Below, one piece after another: positions 1 through 9,099 of a stretch of DNA of 63,065 bases; the first letter of the stretch is position 1; every line of letters begins with the position of its first letter. The notes below the pieces were generated by a model. That model had not been told where the DNA came from and ran no database searches. It worked only from the letters and a program-made list of their open reading frames with translations. The DNA is from Candidatus Pacebacteria bacterium CG_4_9_14_0_2_um_filter_40_15 (lineage in GTDB: Bacteria; Patescibacteriota; Microgenomatia; UBA1400; PJMF01), in assembly GCA_002788675.1 (NCBI GenBank), contig PFRS01000002.1, forward strand, positions 1 through 63,065, in the 5' to 3' direction. The translations under genes and the position numbers were made by a program.

Positions 1-357
<357 letters not shown>

Positions 358-784
358 AGTTTGACCTGATCATAAATGATCAGATTTGGCCAATATTAGA
401 CATATGGCCAAATGTTTTGTTATCTTTTAGATTTATTGTATTTTGTTATTTCCTCGAAAGGAAATTAACGGATTGTACTTTGTCATCAAACATATAATGA
501 ATGATAGTAGGTACAACCCTTTTGCAGCTGCACTACCATCATGTCAATATTTGATAATTAGTCTATTAATTTGTTAACGAACAACAAAGGGTATTTTAGC
601 ACATAAAAACTCGGCGCCAAGTAGTGAAACTCGACACTGTTCAGATGTAAAAACTCTTTATTTTTTAAGAGTTCCTGAGATGAGTATCCAAAACGGACTT
701 TACCTTTAGGAAGAGATATATCTTATCATAGCTAGGGTCATTGTCAAAGAGTAAAAAGCACTCAAAACAGATAAAAACCAGAGC

Positions 785-1207
785 TTAGGGTAGATCTTCC
801 CAATTTGGCCAGTTATTTTCGGCTTGGTTATGCTGATATGCAGTTTTAACCGCTTCGATTGTTAGACCAGGATGAATTTCAGATAACTGAGTTAAAAGTG
901 TGTCTTTTTTCCACATAATTCCTCTTGGCAGCCATTTGCAGATATCTTGGATGTCTTTGACTGAAACTTTAGGAGGTAACGCTACTGAATCTGGAAGTGA
1001 AAAGGTTGCTGATTGACTCTCTGTATTTCTGAGGTTCGAATAGGTCCCGCTTCCGCCAGTTATATTTATTGTGCTGCGTGTGTCGACTCCACTAATGGTA
1101 ACATGAAGATTCTTACCATCTTTTCCCTTTTTATGAACAGTTAGGGTCTCTCCTTCTTCAGGTACTTTAAACTTTTCACCATCAACAGTAATCTCACCTT
1201 CTCTCAT
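785..1207 (-). CDS. hypothetical protein
   Basis: ORF track 785..1270. The internal ATG at 1207 (MREGEITVDG) follows a GAAGGGA SD-like motif and leaves room for the divergent promoter. No family recognised. Confidence 0.5.
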   Translation of the reverse strand: MREGEITVDGEKFKVPEEGETLTVHKKGKDGKNLHVTISGVDTRSTINITGGSGTYSNLRNTESQSATFSLPDSVALPPKVSVKDIQDICKWLPRGIMWKKDTLLTQLSEIHPGLTIEAVKTAYQHNQAENNWPNWEDLP

Positions 1208-1309
1208 ACATCCCTTCAACAAGTACTCAATACTAAAATAATACCTACTTTGATGCACACAGTATATCAAATACTCAGTATGCTAGAATAGCAATATAAA
1301 GGAGGTAGT

Positions 1310-1927
1310 GTGAAACAAACTCTGTTGTTACTACTCATGCTTTTCGGAGGCATCGCAGTTGCTGCGTACATTCTTATTTTTTCTCGTCAGGCTGAAATTG
1401 AGCAGCTGATTGATACGACAAATAATGATACATCAGTATCTGAAGTTACTCTTGTGGCATTGCCACAAGATGCATCTTCGCAACCAGTCGTTATTCAAGA
1501 TCCAAACACTTTTGAAACTACACGCTATTATAGTGCTGATGGAAACTTAAGTTTTGAGTACCCAAGTTATTTTTTGGTTAAGCAAAAGGATACCGAGTGT
1601 TCGTTCTGTCCTGAGTTAGTCCTAGAGAATGAGGATGATAGGCTGTGGTTTGGTACGTTACCTCCAGGTTCAGAAAATCACTGTGAAGATATTTTGCAAC
1701 ATAATGAATTGCCAGTGGGAGATATGACTGTTATTTGGTACGAGTACACAAATAGTCAAACTGAAGAATGCAACCAAGCAGGTGCTATTCATGGTTTTAA
1801 AGCCACTGCCGAGCTTGGCACGACAATCTACTATTTAGACTATTTACCTGTCTCAGATGCTGCTACAAACCAGCAAGAAGAGTTCTTGCAGATGGTTCGC
1901 TCAATTTCTTTACATTCAGAAAATTAG
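1310..1927 (+). CDS. hypothetical membrane-anchored/secreted protein
   Basis: GTG start 6 nt after AAGGAGG. N-terminal hydrophobic helix LLLLLMLFGGIAVAAYILIF. No family recognised. Confidence 0.6.
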   Translation: MKQTLLLLLMLFGGIAVAAYILIFSRQAEIEQLIDTTNNDTSVSEVTLVALPQDASSQPVVIQDPNTFETTRYYSADGNLSFEYPSYFLVKQKDTECSFCPELVLENEDDRLWFGTLPPGSENHCEDILQHNELPVGDMTVIWYEYTNSQTEECNQAGAIHGFKATAELGTTIYYLDYLPVSDAATNQQEEFLQMVRSISLHSEN

Positions 1928-3042
1928 TCTATGGTAATAATGCCTCCCCCGAGGCATAGTACGCCATTCGAGGTCTGCAGATAGAAAACAGCTGATTGTC
2001 CTTCGGCTATACCTTTGGTCGTATTTTCTAGGGATACCCTCTGTTCTGTGAGGGTACAGGGAAGAAGATCACCAGTATGTCGAATTCTAACCAGTAACTT
2101 TTGTGATTCAATAGATGTTGGTTCTCTAGTTATCCAATGAAGATTTGAAACCTCAAAATGTTGTTTCATTGTTTCACTGCCAAAGCCAACTACTAATTCA
2201 TTTTTTTCGGGATTTTTAGCGATAACATAGAATGGTGGAATGTTGTGTTTGGTGACTGAATTACCATCAGAATTCTTAACAATCGAGGTTTGATTAATGG
2301 TAAACCCACTTCTTTGGCCTATGGTATAGAACCAGAGCCCAGTGTGCTCACCAATTACCACTCCATTACTATCTACCACAGGACCTGGTTTTTCTCCCAG
2401 ACGTTCTTTTAGAAATTCGTGGACATTTATGTCCCCGATGAAACAAATTCCAACTGAGTCTTTCTTACTTGAAACATGCAATCCCCTTTTTTCTGCCTCT
2501 TCTCTGACCTGTGTTTTTTTTAGATCTTGCAGAGGAAACAATGTGTGGCTTAGTTGGTCTTCAGTGATCAGGTAAAGAAAATAGGTTTGATCTTTATGTG
2601 TATCAGCTGGAATGGTTAGGTAGGTCTTGTTATTTTCATGCAGTGTTTTTGCATAGTGGCCAGTGGCAACAAAGTCAAAATTTTCTTGCATTGCCCAGTC
2701 ATAAAAGAGGCCGAACTTGATTTCTTTGTTACACATCACATCTGGATTTGGAGTGACACCTCTCTCATATTCATCAAAAAAGTATTCAACTACTTTTTCA
2801 CGATAGGCATCTTTGAAATCCAATACTTTAAAGGGAATATCTAACCCAAGTGCAATCTTGAGGGCGTCTTTGCGATCTTCTTCACTTCTGCAGCCTGGTG
2901 CGCGCCAGCATTCAAGATAGACACCGGTCACGTCATAGCCTTGCTCAACGAGCATGTGGGCGCATACGGACGAGTCAACGCCGCCACTCATTCCAAGGGC
3001 AACGCGTTTTTTTGCTGGTGTACTTGTGGATTCTTTGTTCAT
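1924..3042 (-). CDS. mnmA: tRNA 2-thiouridine(34) synthase MnmA
   Basis: PP-loop motif ALGMSGGVDSSV, conserved Cys residues, typical length (372 aa). Confidence 0.9.
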   Translation of the reverse strand: MNKESTSTPAKKRVALGMSGGVDSSVCAHMLVEQGYDVTGVYLECWRAPGCRSEEDRKDALKIALGLDIPFKVLDFKDAYREKVVEYFFDEYERGVTPNPDVMCNKEIKFGLFYDWAMQENFDFVATGHYAKTLHENNKTYLTIPADTHKDQTYFLYLITEDQLSHTLFPLQDLKKTQVREEAEKRGLHVSSKKDSVGICFIGDINVHEFLKERLGEKPGPVVDSNGVVIGEHTGLWFYTIGQRSGFTINQTSIVKNSDGNSVTKHNIPPFYVIAKNPEKNELVVGFGSETMKQHFEVSNLHWITREPTSIESQKLLVRIRHTGDLLPCTLTEQRVSLENTTKGIAEGQSAVFYLQTSNGVLCLGGGIITID

Positions 3043-3064
3043 AGGCAGAAATTAAAATATCAGA

Positions 3065-3277
3065 CTACTCATCATTGGTAACAATAATGGCGTCGATATT
3101 TTCTTCGACAAGTTTGGCAGCAGCAGCTTGGTCTGTTTGTGAGTTGCGCTTTCCTCTTAGCAGAACCGAATAGATCATTTCAATTACTGGCATATCAAAA
3201 CCTTGCTCTTCTTCGACCACGGCAATTTCATCGGGTTTAAGTCCAATTCTTTGAGCCATTTCACGCATGCTTACCAT
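3065..3277 (-). CDS. small hypothetical protein (70 aa)
   Basis: ORF between mnmA and truB on the same strand. No family recognised. Confidence 0.35.
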   Translation of the reverse strand: MVSMREMAQRIGLKPDEIAVVEEEQGFDMPVIEMIYSVLLRGKRNSQTDQAAAAKLVEENIDAIIVTNDE

Positions 3278-3331
3278 AGTGTTCTTTCAGTCCAATGAGT
3301 ATTTTTCTTGGACAAATCAAGTAATAGTATA

Positions 3332-4090
3332 TCAAATACTCTCAATTTGTCTGCAGTCAGCCATACCAAAGCGACCATTTTGGGTGCGAATTATTGAGAA
3401 AGTTGTTGCTGGAATATCGATTGCGGTCGAAATATCTCTTACTAGCCCGCGAATGTACGTCCTTTTTGAGACCTCTGCAGTGAGCGTTGCAATGACAACT
3501 GTGCTAGGAAGAGCTGAGGTTATGTTATGCCAAGCGGCCAGAATTTCATCCTGTCGGAACTCGCCCAGTACGGTACCAATTTTTTTTGAGTGAAGTGTAA
3601 GTATTTTTTCTCTATTGATTCGTGCACATTTAGTTAACTCCAGAGAATATACAGTAATTTCGTTGGACTTTGGTGCTGGCAGCGCTTCTCCGCTCTTTCC
3701 ATACTCAAAAAAAGATTTTCCATTACTTCTTCCAGCTGAAAATATGGGTTGGAGTTGCTTTTGAGTTCCAAGGAAATCTGGAAGTTTTTTTGTCAGCGAT
3801 ACACGAATAGTATCTGGGTCAAGGATAGTGGATTCAATTTTTATGGGCAGTCCCAAGAGGTCAAGACTATCGGTACTTATACCAAAAAGCATTTCAAACG
3901 AGTATGTTTTTTTAGTATCAGAAAGTTGAGCTTTCTGAAAACGGTCCTCACCAGTCAGTACAACTAGGACTCCTTCAGCCATTGGGTCAAGCGTCCCAGT
4001 GTGTGTGGCTTTTTCGCCACTTTTAGCGCCAATAGCTGCCGCAAGTTGATGGCTTGATTGCCCAAGTGGTTTAAAGATGGGAATAATCAT
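3332..4090 (-). CDS. truB: tRNA pseudouridine(55) synthase TruB
   Basis: Motifs KPLGQSSHQL and HTGTLDPMAEGVLVV (catalytic Asp). Confidence 0.85.
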   Translation of the reverse strand: MIIPIFKPLGQSSHQLAAAIGAKSGEKATHTGTLDPMAEGVLVVLTGEDRFQKAQLSDTKKTYSFEMLFGISTDSLDLLGLPIKIESTILDPDTIRVSLTKKLPDFLGTQKQLQPIFSAGRSNGKSFFEYGKSGEALPAPKSNEITVYSLELTKCARINREKILTLHSKKIGTVLGEFRQDEILAAWHNITSALPSTVVIATLTAEVSKRTYIRGLVRDISTAIDIPATTFSIIRTQNGRFGMADCRQIESI

Positions 4091-4101
4091 ACAAGAATTT
4101 T

Positions 4102-5070
4102 TTAATTAAACTCAGTAAACAGGTTATATTCACCAATTTCGAGCATTTGTTTTCGGTAATTCTGGAAATCATGTGTATAGAAGGAAGGTAAGATGGGGTC
4201 AAACTCAGGATTCATGCTGACTGCTTTAGGAATATCCTTGAGAGCTAGTTTGCCATAGTACAGATCTGCGAGTGCGAAGTTTTGTGTGTGCATCCACTTC
4301 CACACATCAACTAATCCTTCAAAGTACACTAAATCTTTGGTGTAACCACCGGGCTGTGAGGTATCTTTCAAGCCCCTTTTTTGACGAAAGACAGCTGTCC
4401 ATCGACGTTCTGGATTTTCTATATAAGGTTCAAGTGCATTCCAAGTTTCAACGAAGGAGCCATGTACAGCAGTATCAACCGCTAAGTACCGAATAGCAGA
4501 GATAAAGGCAGATTTATAGCTGTGTGGGATAAGTGAGTGGAGTGAGGCAATACCTTCTTCAGTTTTAAGATATTCAGAAAAGCCATAGTGCTTTTTCTTT
4601 TTGAACCAAGGTTGCTTTTCATAGTTGATTCTTCGCAGCGCATGCGTGCCAACTTCGTGATACAACATTCCAAGTAAGTCCTCATTTCTAAAATCAGCTG
4701 GCAATCGAAGTTTAATCGTATCACTGCTGATGGTAGTTCTAGAAACAAATGAGTTTGACCAGATAAGAGAGTATCTGTCTTCTAACTTGTGCATTTTTAA
4801 GAATGACCTGATTCGACTTTCAACATCCTCTTTAGACAATTGTCTTCCTTTTGTCATGTATAAATCTTGTTCATTGCGACCAAAGTAGGTTTTTTTTAAG
4901 ATAGCCACGGCCAGGTCTAAATATTTTTTTTTAGGAACGCCATACGTTTGTAATTTTTCTGAAGAAATTTCTTCTTTGTATAAAAATTGTGGATTGTAGG
5001 TTTTGTTGGCAAAAAACTTTTCTTTTTCTTCAAGTAAGTTTATGGGAGTAATAGTTTGGAGAAAGGACAT
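4102..5070 (-). CDS. DUF1704 / QEGLA-motif protein (predicted metallo-carboxypeptidase-like)
   Basis: HEVGTHALR zinc-binding-like motif and EEGIASL (QEGLA-type motif). The ATG at 5070 avoids overlap with the upstream ATP-grasp stop at 5078. Confidence 0.7.
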   Translation of the reverse strand: MSFLQTITPINLLEEKEKFFANKTYNPQFLYKEEISSEKLQTYGVPKKKYLDLAVAILKKTYFGRNEQDLYMTKGRQLSKEDVESRIRSFLKMHKLEDRYSLIWSNSFVSRTTISSDTIKLRLPADFRNEDLLGMLYHEVGTHALRRINYEKQPWFKKKKHYGFSEYLKTEEGIASLHSLIPHSYKSAFISAIRYLAVDTAVHGSFVETWNALEPYIENPERRWTAVFRQKRGLKDTSQPGGYTKDLVYFEGLVDVWKWMHTQNFALADLYYGKLALKDIPKAVSMNPEFDPILPSFYTHDFQNYRKQMLEIGEYNLFTEFN

Positions 5071-5077
5071 ACAAATA

Positions 5078-6358
5078 TTATTCTGTGTCACCAATTAAGA
5101 AACCAGTGGTATCTTTTCGGCCCAGTTCAACCTTATGTTTGGATCGATCAAGTCTTCTGGTAACCACCATAGCAGTTTTATGTTTTTTATCTTTAACAGA
5201 GTAGGTAACTTCAACAACGGGGACTTTGCCTTCAACCTCTTTTTGTTGCCAGAGCAGGTCATCAAAATCAAGCAAACCAAGTTCCTCTGCAAGTTTCATA
5301 CTGATAGCAGAACGACTTCGTCCTGTATTGACTAACCCGGTGACAATTTGTTTTTCTTTATGATCACCGTAAACGGTTACGGTTGGTTCTGTCGGAATAA
5401 TGGTTATACCACCTTCAGCTTTTATGTTATCACTGAAGTGTTCAGCAAAAAGTGCTTGAGCAATTTTCACACCGTGTTCGGCATCGCGGACATCGAGCCC
5501 TTCTACTCTTTCGAGTCTGCGTTTAAGGCCAGATCTATTTGCAAGTTGGATGGAGAGGCCAGGAAAACCATTAAGTTCAACGATCATGGGGCCTTTTTCT
5601 GGGTGAATAAATAAGTCTGCTCCCATAAAGGTGTATCCAGCCACAGTTGCTGCTTCTACTGCTGTCTTAAGGACCTTTGACCATTCTGGGATCATGATGC
5701 CGTTTACCTTTTTATTATTGTGTGGAAATCGTGAAATATGCGTACTTTTGCCATAAAGGCCATAGGTTGAGATGCCAGTTGCTAGATCAATACCGAGTGC
5801 AATAGCTCCTTTATCAAGATTTGCTCTACCATGAGATTCTTTTGTGGGAATACGTGCCATGGCCATAATTGGCACTGAGTTGAAAACAATAACGCGAATA
5901 TCAGGAGTACCTCTATATGAATATTTGAGTAGAGCTGGGTGGGAAGGAATCATTTCCTCCACAATTGCTTTATGGGATGAACCCCAAGTGCTAAATTCAC
6001 CATCAAGAATATTACTCACGTGAAGGTCCATGTCGTCCTCCGAAAGGTGTTCATTATCTGAAGTAATCCAAGTGGATTGATTTGCGATTTTTTTGGTAAC
6101 AACAATAATTCCTTTGCCTGCACTGCCACTAGCTGGCTTGATAACAAAGGGTGCTGGAATAATTTCCCAATTTACATCATCCAAATCTTGAAGTGATGTG
6201 AAGACATGATACACCTGGGCGGTTGGTATATCATGGCTATTAAGTAATACTTTGGTCTGCAGTTTAGAAAAGCCGTAACTTTTACTCTTTGAGCTATTCA
6301 GACGGGTATACTTATACCGAGCGTTCATTCCCAAAATATGTGATGGAGTAACTGCCAT
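5078..6358 (-). CDS. alpha-L-glutamate-ligase-like ATP-grasp enzyme fused to a C-terminal RimK-associated retropepsin-like domain
   Basis: N-terminus ILGMNARYKYTRLNS and VIKPASGSAGKGI (ATP-grasp). C-terminus VNTGRSRSAISMKLAEELGL ... LGRKDTTGFLIG resembles the PF05618-type aspartyl protease fold. Confidence 0.75.
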   Translation of the reverse strand: MAVTPSHILGMNARYKYTRLNSSKSKSYGFSKLQTKVLLNSHDIPTAQVYHVFTSLQDLDDVNWEIIPAPFVIKPASGSAGKGIIVVTKKIANQSTWITSDNEHLSEDDMDLHVSNILDGEFSTWGSSHKAIVEEMIPSHPALLKYSYRGTPDIRVIVFNSVPIMAMARIPTKESHGRANLDKGAIALGIDLATGISTYGLYGKSTHISRFPHNNKKVNGIMIPEWSKVLKTAVEAATVAGYTFMGADLFIHPEKGPMIVELNGFPGLSIQLANRSGLKRRLERVEGLDVRDAEHGVKIAQALFAEHFSDNIKAEGGITIIPTEPTVTVYGDHKEKQIVTGLVNTGRSRSAISMKLAEELGLLDFDDLLWQQKEVEGKVPVVEVTYSVKDKKHKTAMVVTRRLDRSKHKVELGRKDTTGFLIGDTE

Positions 6359-6369
6359 GAAATTCCTTA

Positions 6370-7323
6370 TTACTCTTCGATTATCGATCTAAATCTAAGT
6401 CGCTCACTCAGTCTTAACCCCACAAATTTGCCAATCAGAGCATTTAGAAATGCCACAACTATGATGAGGAGTTCTGGCTCAGAAACGGCAAAAATTTGGA
6501 GTGGCTCCCATCGAAGGAAGAAGCTAGCTATGACTGCTAGACCAAGTGTTTCAAGAGTAAGCATTAATGCTTCAGATTGCTTAGTTCGTGCTTGAGCATC
6601 CAAGAAATTTTCAGCCAAGAGCACCAAAATCAAAATTGGAAAAATACTTACACTCATAAGGGTGACCAAGTTTATGTAGGGTGCCAAAACCATTAAGCCA
6701 AAAATACCCAAAGACACAGTCCAGAGCATTAATGCGGTACGTGGCAGGTATGGCAGATGTGTTTTCCTGACCAATTTTTTGGCTACCACAGCTGTAGCTG
6801 CAATTGCTAAAAAGAGTATCAACCCTTCAACTACTCCAGTTGAGGCTAGTGCAATTGAAAGCACTGCCGGAATATAGACACCAAAACCTCTAAGACCAAC
6901 AATATGACGTGAAGCAGCTATCATCGTCACAACGAGTGGGAACAGGAGTAAAAGCACCAAAACGTTTGGCTGTACCCCTCCACTCACAGCTTGACGCATG
7001 GCATGCTGCATAAAGTTATTCCAAGTTATTGGACCTGGAGGATTTTGGTCCATGTAGGCAACCAACTTGTTTGTCTGCTCACCTTTGGCTTCAGTAATGT
7101 CTTTGTCAATTTTTTCTTTGATTTCTTGATCGACCTCTGCCGAGCGTGATGCTACAGATCCAGATATAGTTGCTGCACCTTCTTTAGTAGCAGTTTCATC
7201 AATATTGAGATCAACAACCTCGATGGTTGCATCATCAAGATTTTGTGCAGAAACTTGTGTAGATGCACTAATACCTACTAACAGAAGGAGGGCAAAAAGG
7301 CTGGAGAAAATGACTTTTTTCAT
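6370..7323 (-). CDS. 7TM membrane protein of the family usually fused to an inactive transglutaminase (7TM_transglut-like)
   Basis: Signal peptide, about 7 TM helices, and a C-terminal PELLIIVVAFLNALIGKFVGLRLSERLRFR signature. Confidence 0.65.
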   Translation of the reverse strand: MKKVIFSSLFALLLLVGISASTQVSAQNLDDATIEVVDLNIDETATKEGAATISGSVASRSAEVDQEIKEKIDKDITEAKGEQTNKLVAYMDQNPPGPITWNNFMQHAMRQAVSGGVQPNVLVLLLLFPLVVTMIAASRHIVGLRGFGVYIPAVLSIALASTGVVEGLILFLAIAATAVVAKKLVRKTHLPYLPRTALMLWTVSLGIFGLMVLAPYINLVTLMSVSIFPILILVLLAENFLDAQARTKQSEALMLTLETLGLAVIASFFLRWEPLQIFAVSEPELLIIVVAFLNALIGKFVGLRLSERLRFRSIIEE

Positions 7324-7359
7324 AACGATAGTATACCTTACTCTCTTGTATATGTATCT

Positions 7360-7719
7360 TTAGATAAAGACGCCTACAAATGACTGCATGATGCTGATCA
7401 TAAATGCAGTTGCGACAAGAGTCCAGAATTGACTGAGCTGTGTCCCGAATAACACTAAATCGCCAATATGAAACCCCGGTACCAAGTAGGTAACCAGCCA
7501 CAGAAGGAAAATATTCAGAAAAGCAGAAAAGAGTCCCAGCGTAACAATGTTTATTGGCAAGAACAGCAGTTTGAGGATTGGTTTGATGACTGAAAATAAC
7601 AACTCAAAGACTATGGCCGAAAGGATGAGTGCGATAAGACTTGTAAACGTCACATGAGGCAGTAGCGTCAGCGAACCCAATACAATTCCTGTTCTGATCA
7701 GAGGTTTTAATAATTTCAT
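7360..7719 (-). CDS. DUF360 / phage-holin-4-family small membrane protein
   Basis: 119 aa, 3-4 TM helices, LVPGFHIGD motif typical of the family. Confidence 0.55.
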   Translation of the reverse strand: MKLLKPLIRTGIVLGSLTLLPHVTFTSLIALILSAIVFELLFSVIKPILKLLFLPINIVTLGLFSAFLNIFLLWLVTYLVPGFHIGDLVLFGTQLSQFWTLVATAFMISIMQSFVGVFI

Positions 7720-7749
7720 ATGGCTAGTATACCATTTTCTTATGTGTGA

Positions 7750-9099
7750 TTATTTGAAGGCCGCCTTCGTCCGAAGTCTCGTATGTTGCTTTTTCGAGAA
7801 TCGATGTGCTTCATCTCGAATTTGTTGAATAAGTTTTAAACTGGGGTGAGACTCAGGCAAAGAAATAACATGGTAGTTTAGGCCCTTTAGATCTTTATCT
7901 GGACCGGGTGTGATAATTGGAATTATGATTCGATCAGGATTTTTTGCGATACCGATAATCGGAATACTCCAGTCCCAAACACTCAATGCAGAACGAATTT
8001 GGCCTTTTCCTCCATCAACCACTACTAGATTTGGCATTCCCCATTCAGGATGATTTTGTCTGCGAATAATAGCTTCTTTCATCATGTGATAATCATTTGG
8101 TGTGTTAAGTGAGCGAATGTTAAAGAGTCGATATTCTTCGAGGGCAGATGAGCCATTTATAAAAACTACCATGCCAACTGCAGGATTGGTGCCTTGGGTG
8201 TTACTTACATCGTACCCCTCAATTCTTTCAAGTGGATAGGTTGCAGGAAGGTGCGCATAGGTTGTTAAAATCTTTCGCAAGTAGACAAGAGCATTTTTTG
8301 ATTCTGAAAGTTGTAGCGTGGGAGACATTAAATCTGGTTTTAAGCGGTAGTTATGTTGCGTTACTTCAGAGATTAGCTTGATTTGATCTCGAAAGAGTGC
8401 TGCTTTTTCAAAAGCCTCTTCTGTAACAGCCTCCTTCATTTCTAATTCTAAATTTTTAATGACGGTATTTTTTTTACCTTGAAGAAAAAGTGTGAGTTGT
8501 TTGATTGTGGCTTGGTACTCCTCTTTTGAACATTTACCCAAACAAGACCCAGGACATTGTTGAATGTGATAGAAAAAACATGCTGTGTGCTGTTTGGGAG
8601 TTGGTTCCCACTTTTTGTTGCACCAAGGAAAAATTTTTCGAGCAATCTTCAGTACTTCTGTAACTTTGTAAGCACTGGGAAAAGGCCCAAGAATTGTGCC
8701 ATCAAGCTGTTTCGTAATTATTTCTCTTTTGCGAACTTTTTCTACACGAGGAAAATCTTCTTTGGTGATTCTAATGTAGAGATTGCTTTTATCATCCTTG
8801 AGAAGCACATTGAAAGGAGGTTGATAGGTGCGGATTAATTCAGCTTCTACAAGTAAAGCCTCAAGTTCACTGTCAAGAACTCTATGTTTAAGTTGCACGG
8901 CAGTCGTAACCAGTTGCCCAATGCGAGAGCTCAGTCTTTTGAACTGAGTATACGATCTGACTCGGTTTAGTAAGTTTTTGGCTTTTCCAACGTACAGGAC
9001 ATTATCGTCGCTGTCTAAAAACCAGTATACTCCCGGCGATGAGGGCAAGGATGACACTGCTCCCTGCCAACGCAATGATGATTGTTTGGTCTGTGACAT
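7750..9099 (-). CDS. uvrC: excinuclease ABC subunit C, short form (449 aa)
   Basis: GIY-YIG motif GVYWFLDSDDNVLYVGKAKNLLNRVRSY, UVR domain, RNase H-like endonuclease domain. It ends before the usual C-terminal (HhH)2 region. The start is uncertain (ATG 9099, TTG 9075 or GTG 9057). Confidence 0.85.
   Translation of the reverse strand: MSQTKQSSLRWQGAVSSLPSSPGVYWFLDSDDNVLYVGKAKNLLNRVRSYTQFKRLSSRIGQLVTTAVQLKHRVLDSELEALLVEAELIRTYQPPFNVLLKDDKSNLYIRITKEDFPRVEKVRKREIITKQLDGTILGPFPSAYKVTEVLKIARKIFPWCNKKWEPTPKQHTACFFYHIQQCPGSCLGKCSKEEYQATIKQLTLFLQGKKNTVIKNLELEMKEAVTEEAFEKAALFRDQIKLISEVTQHNYRLKPDLMSPTLQLSESKNALVYLRKILTTYAHLPATYPLERIEGYDVSNTQGTNPAVGMVVFINGSSALEEYRLFNIRSLNTPNDYHMMKEAIIRRQNHPEWGMPNLVVVDGGKGQIRSALSVWDWSIPIIGIAKNPDRIIIPIITPGPDKDLKGLNYHVISLPESHPSLKLIQQIRDEAHRFSKKQHTRLRTKAAFK

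Noticed and set aside
358-784. rRNA promoter and leader structures (TTGACA near 745-750 on the minus strand; hairpins CTGATCA-taaa-TGATCAG at 366-383 and ATTTCC-tcgaaa-GGAAAT at 449-466)
   Set aside because: The hairpins are real, but I could not pair the -35 with a convincing -10 at proper spacing. No promoter coordinates are asserted.
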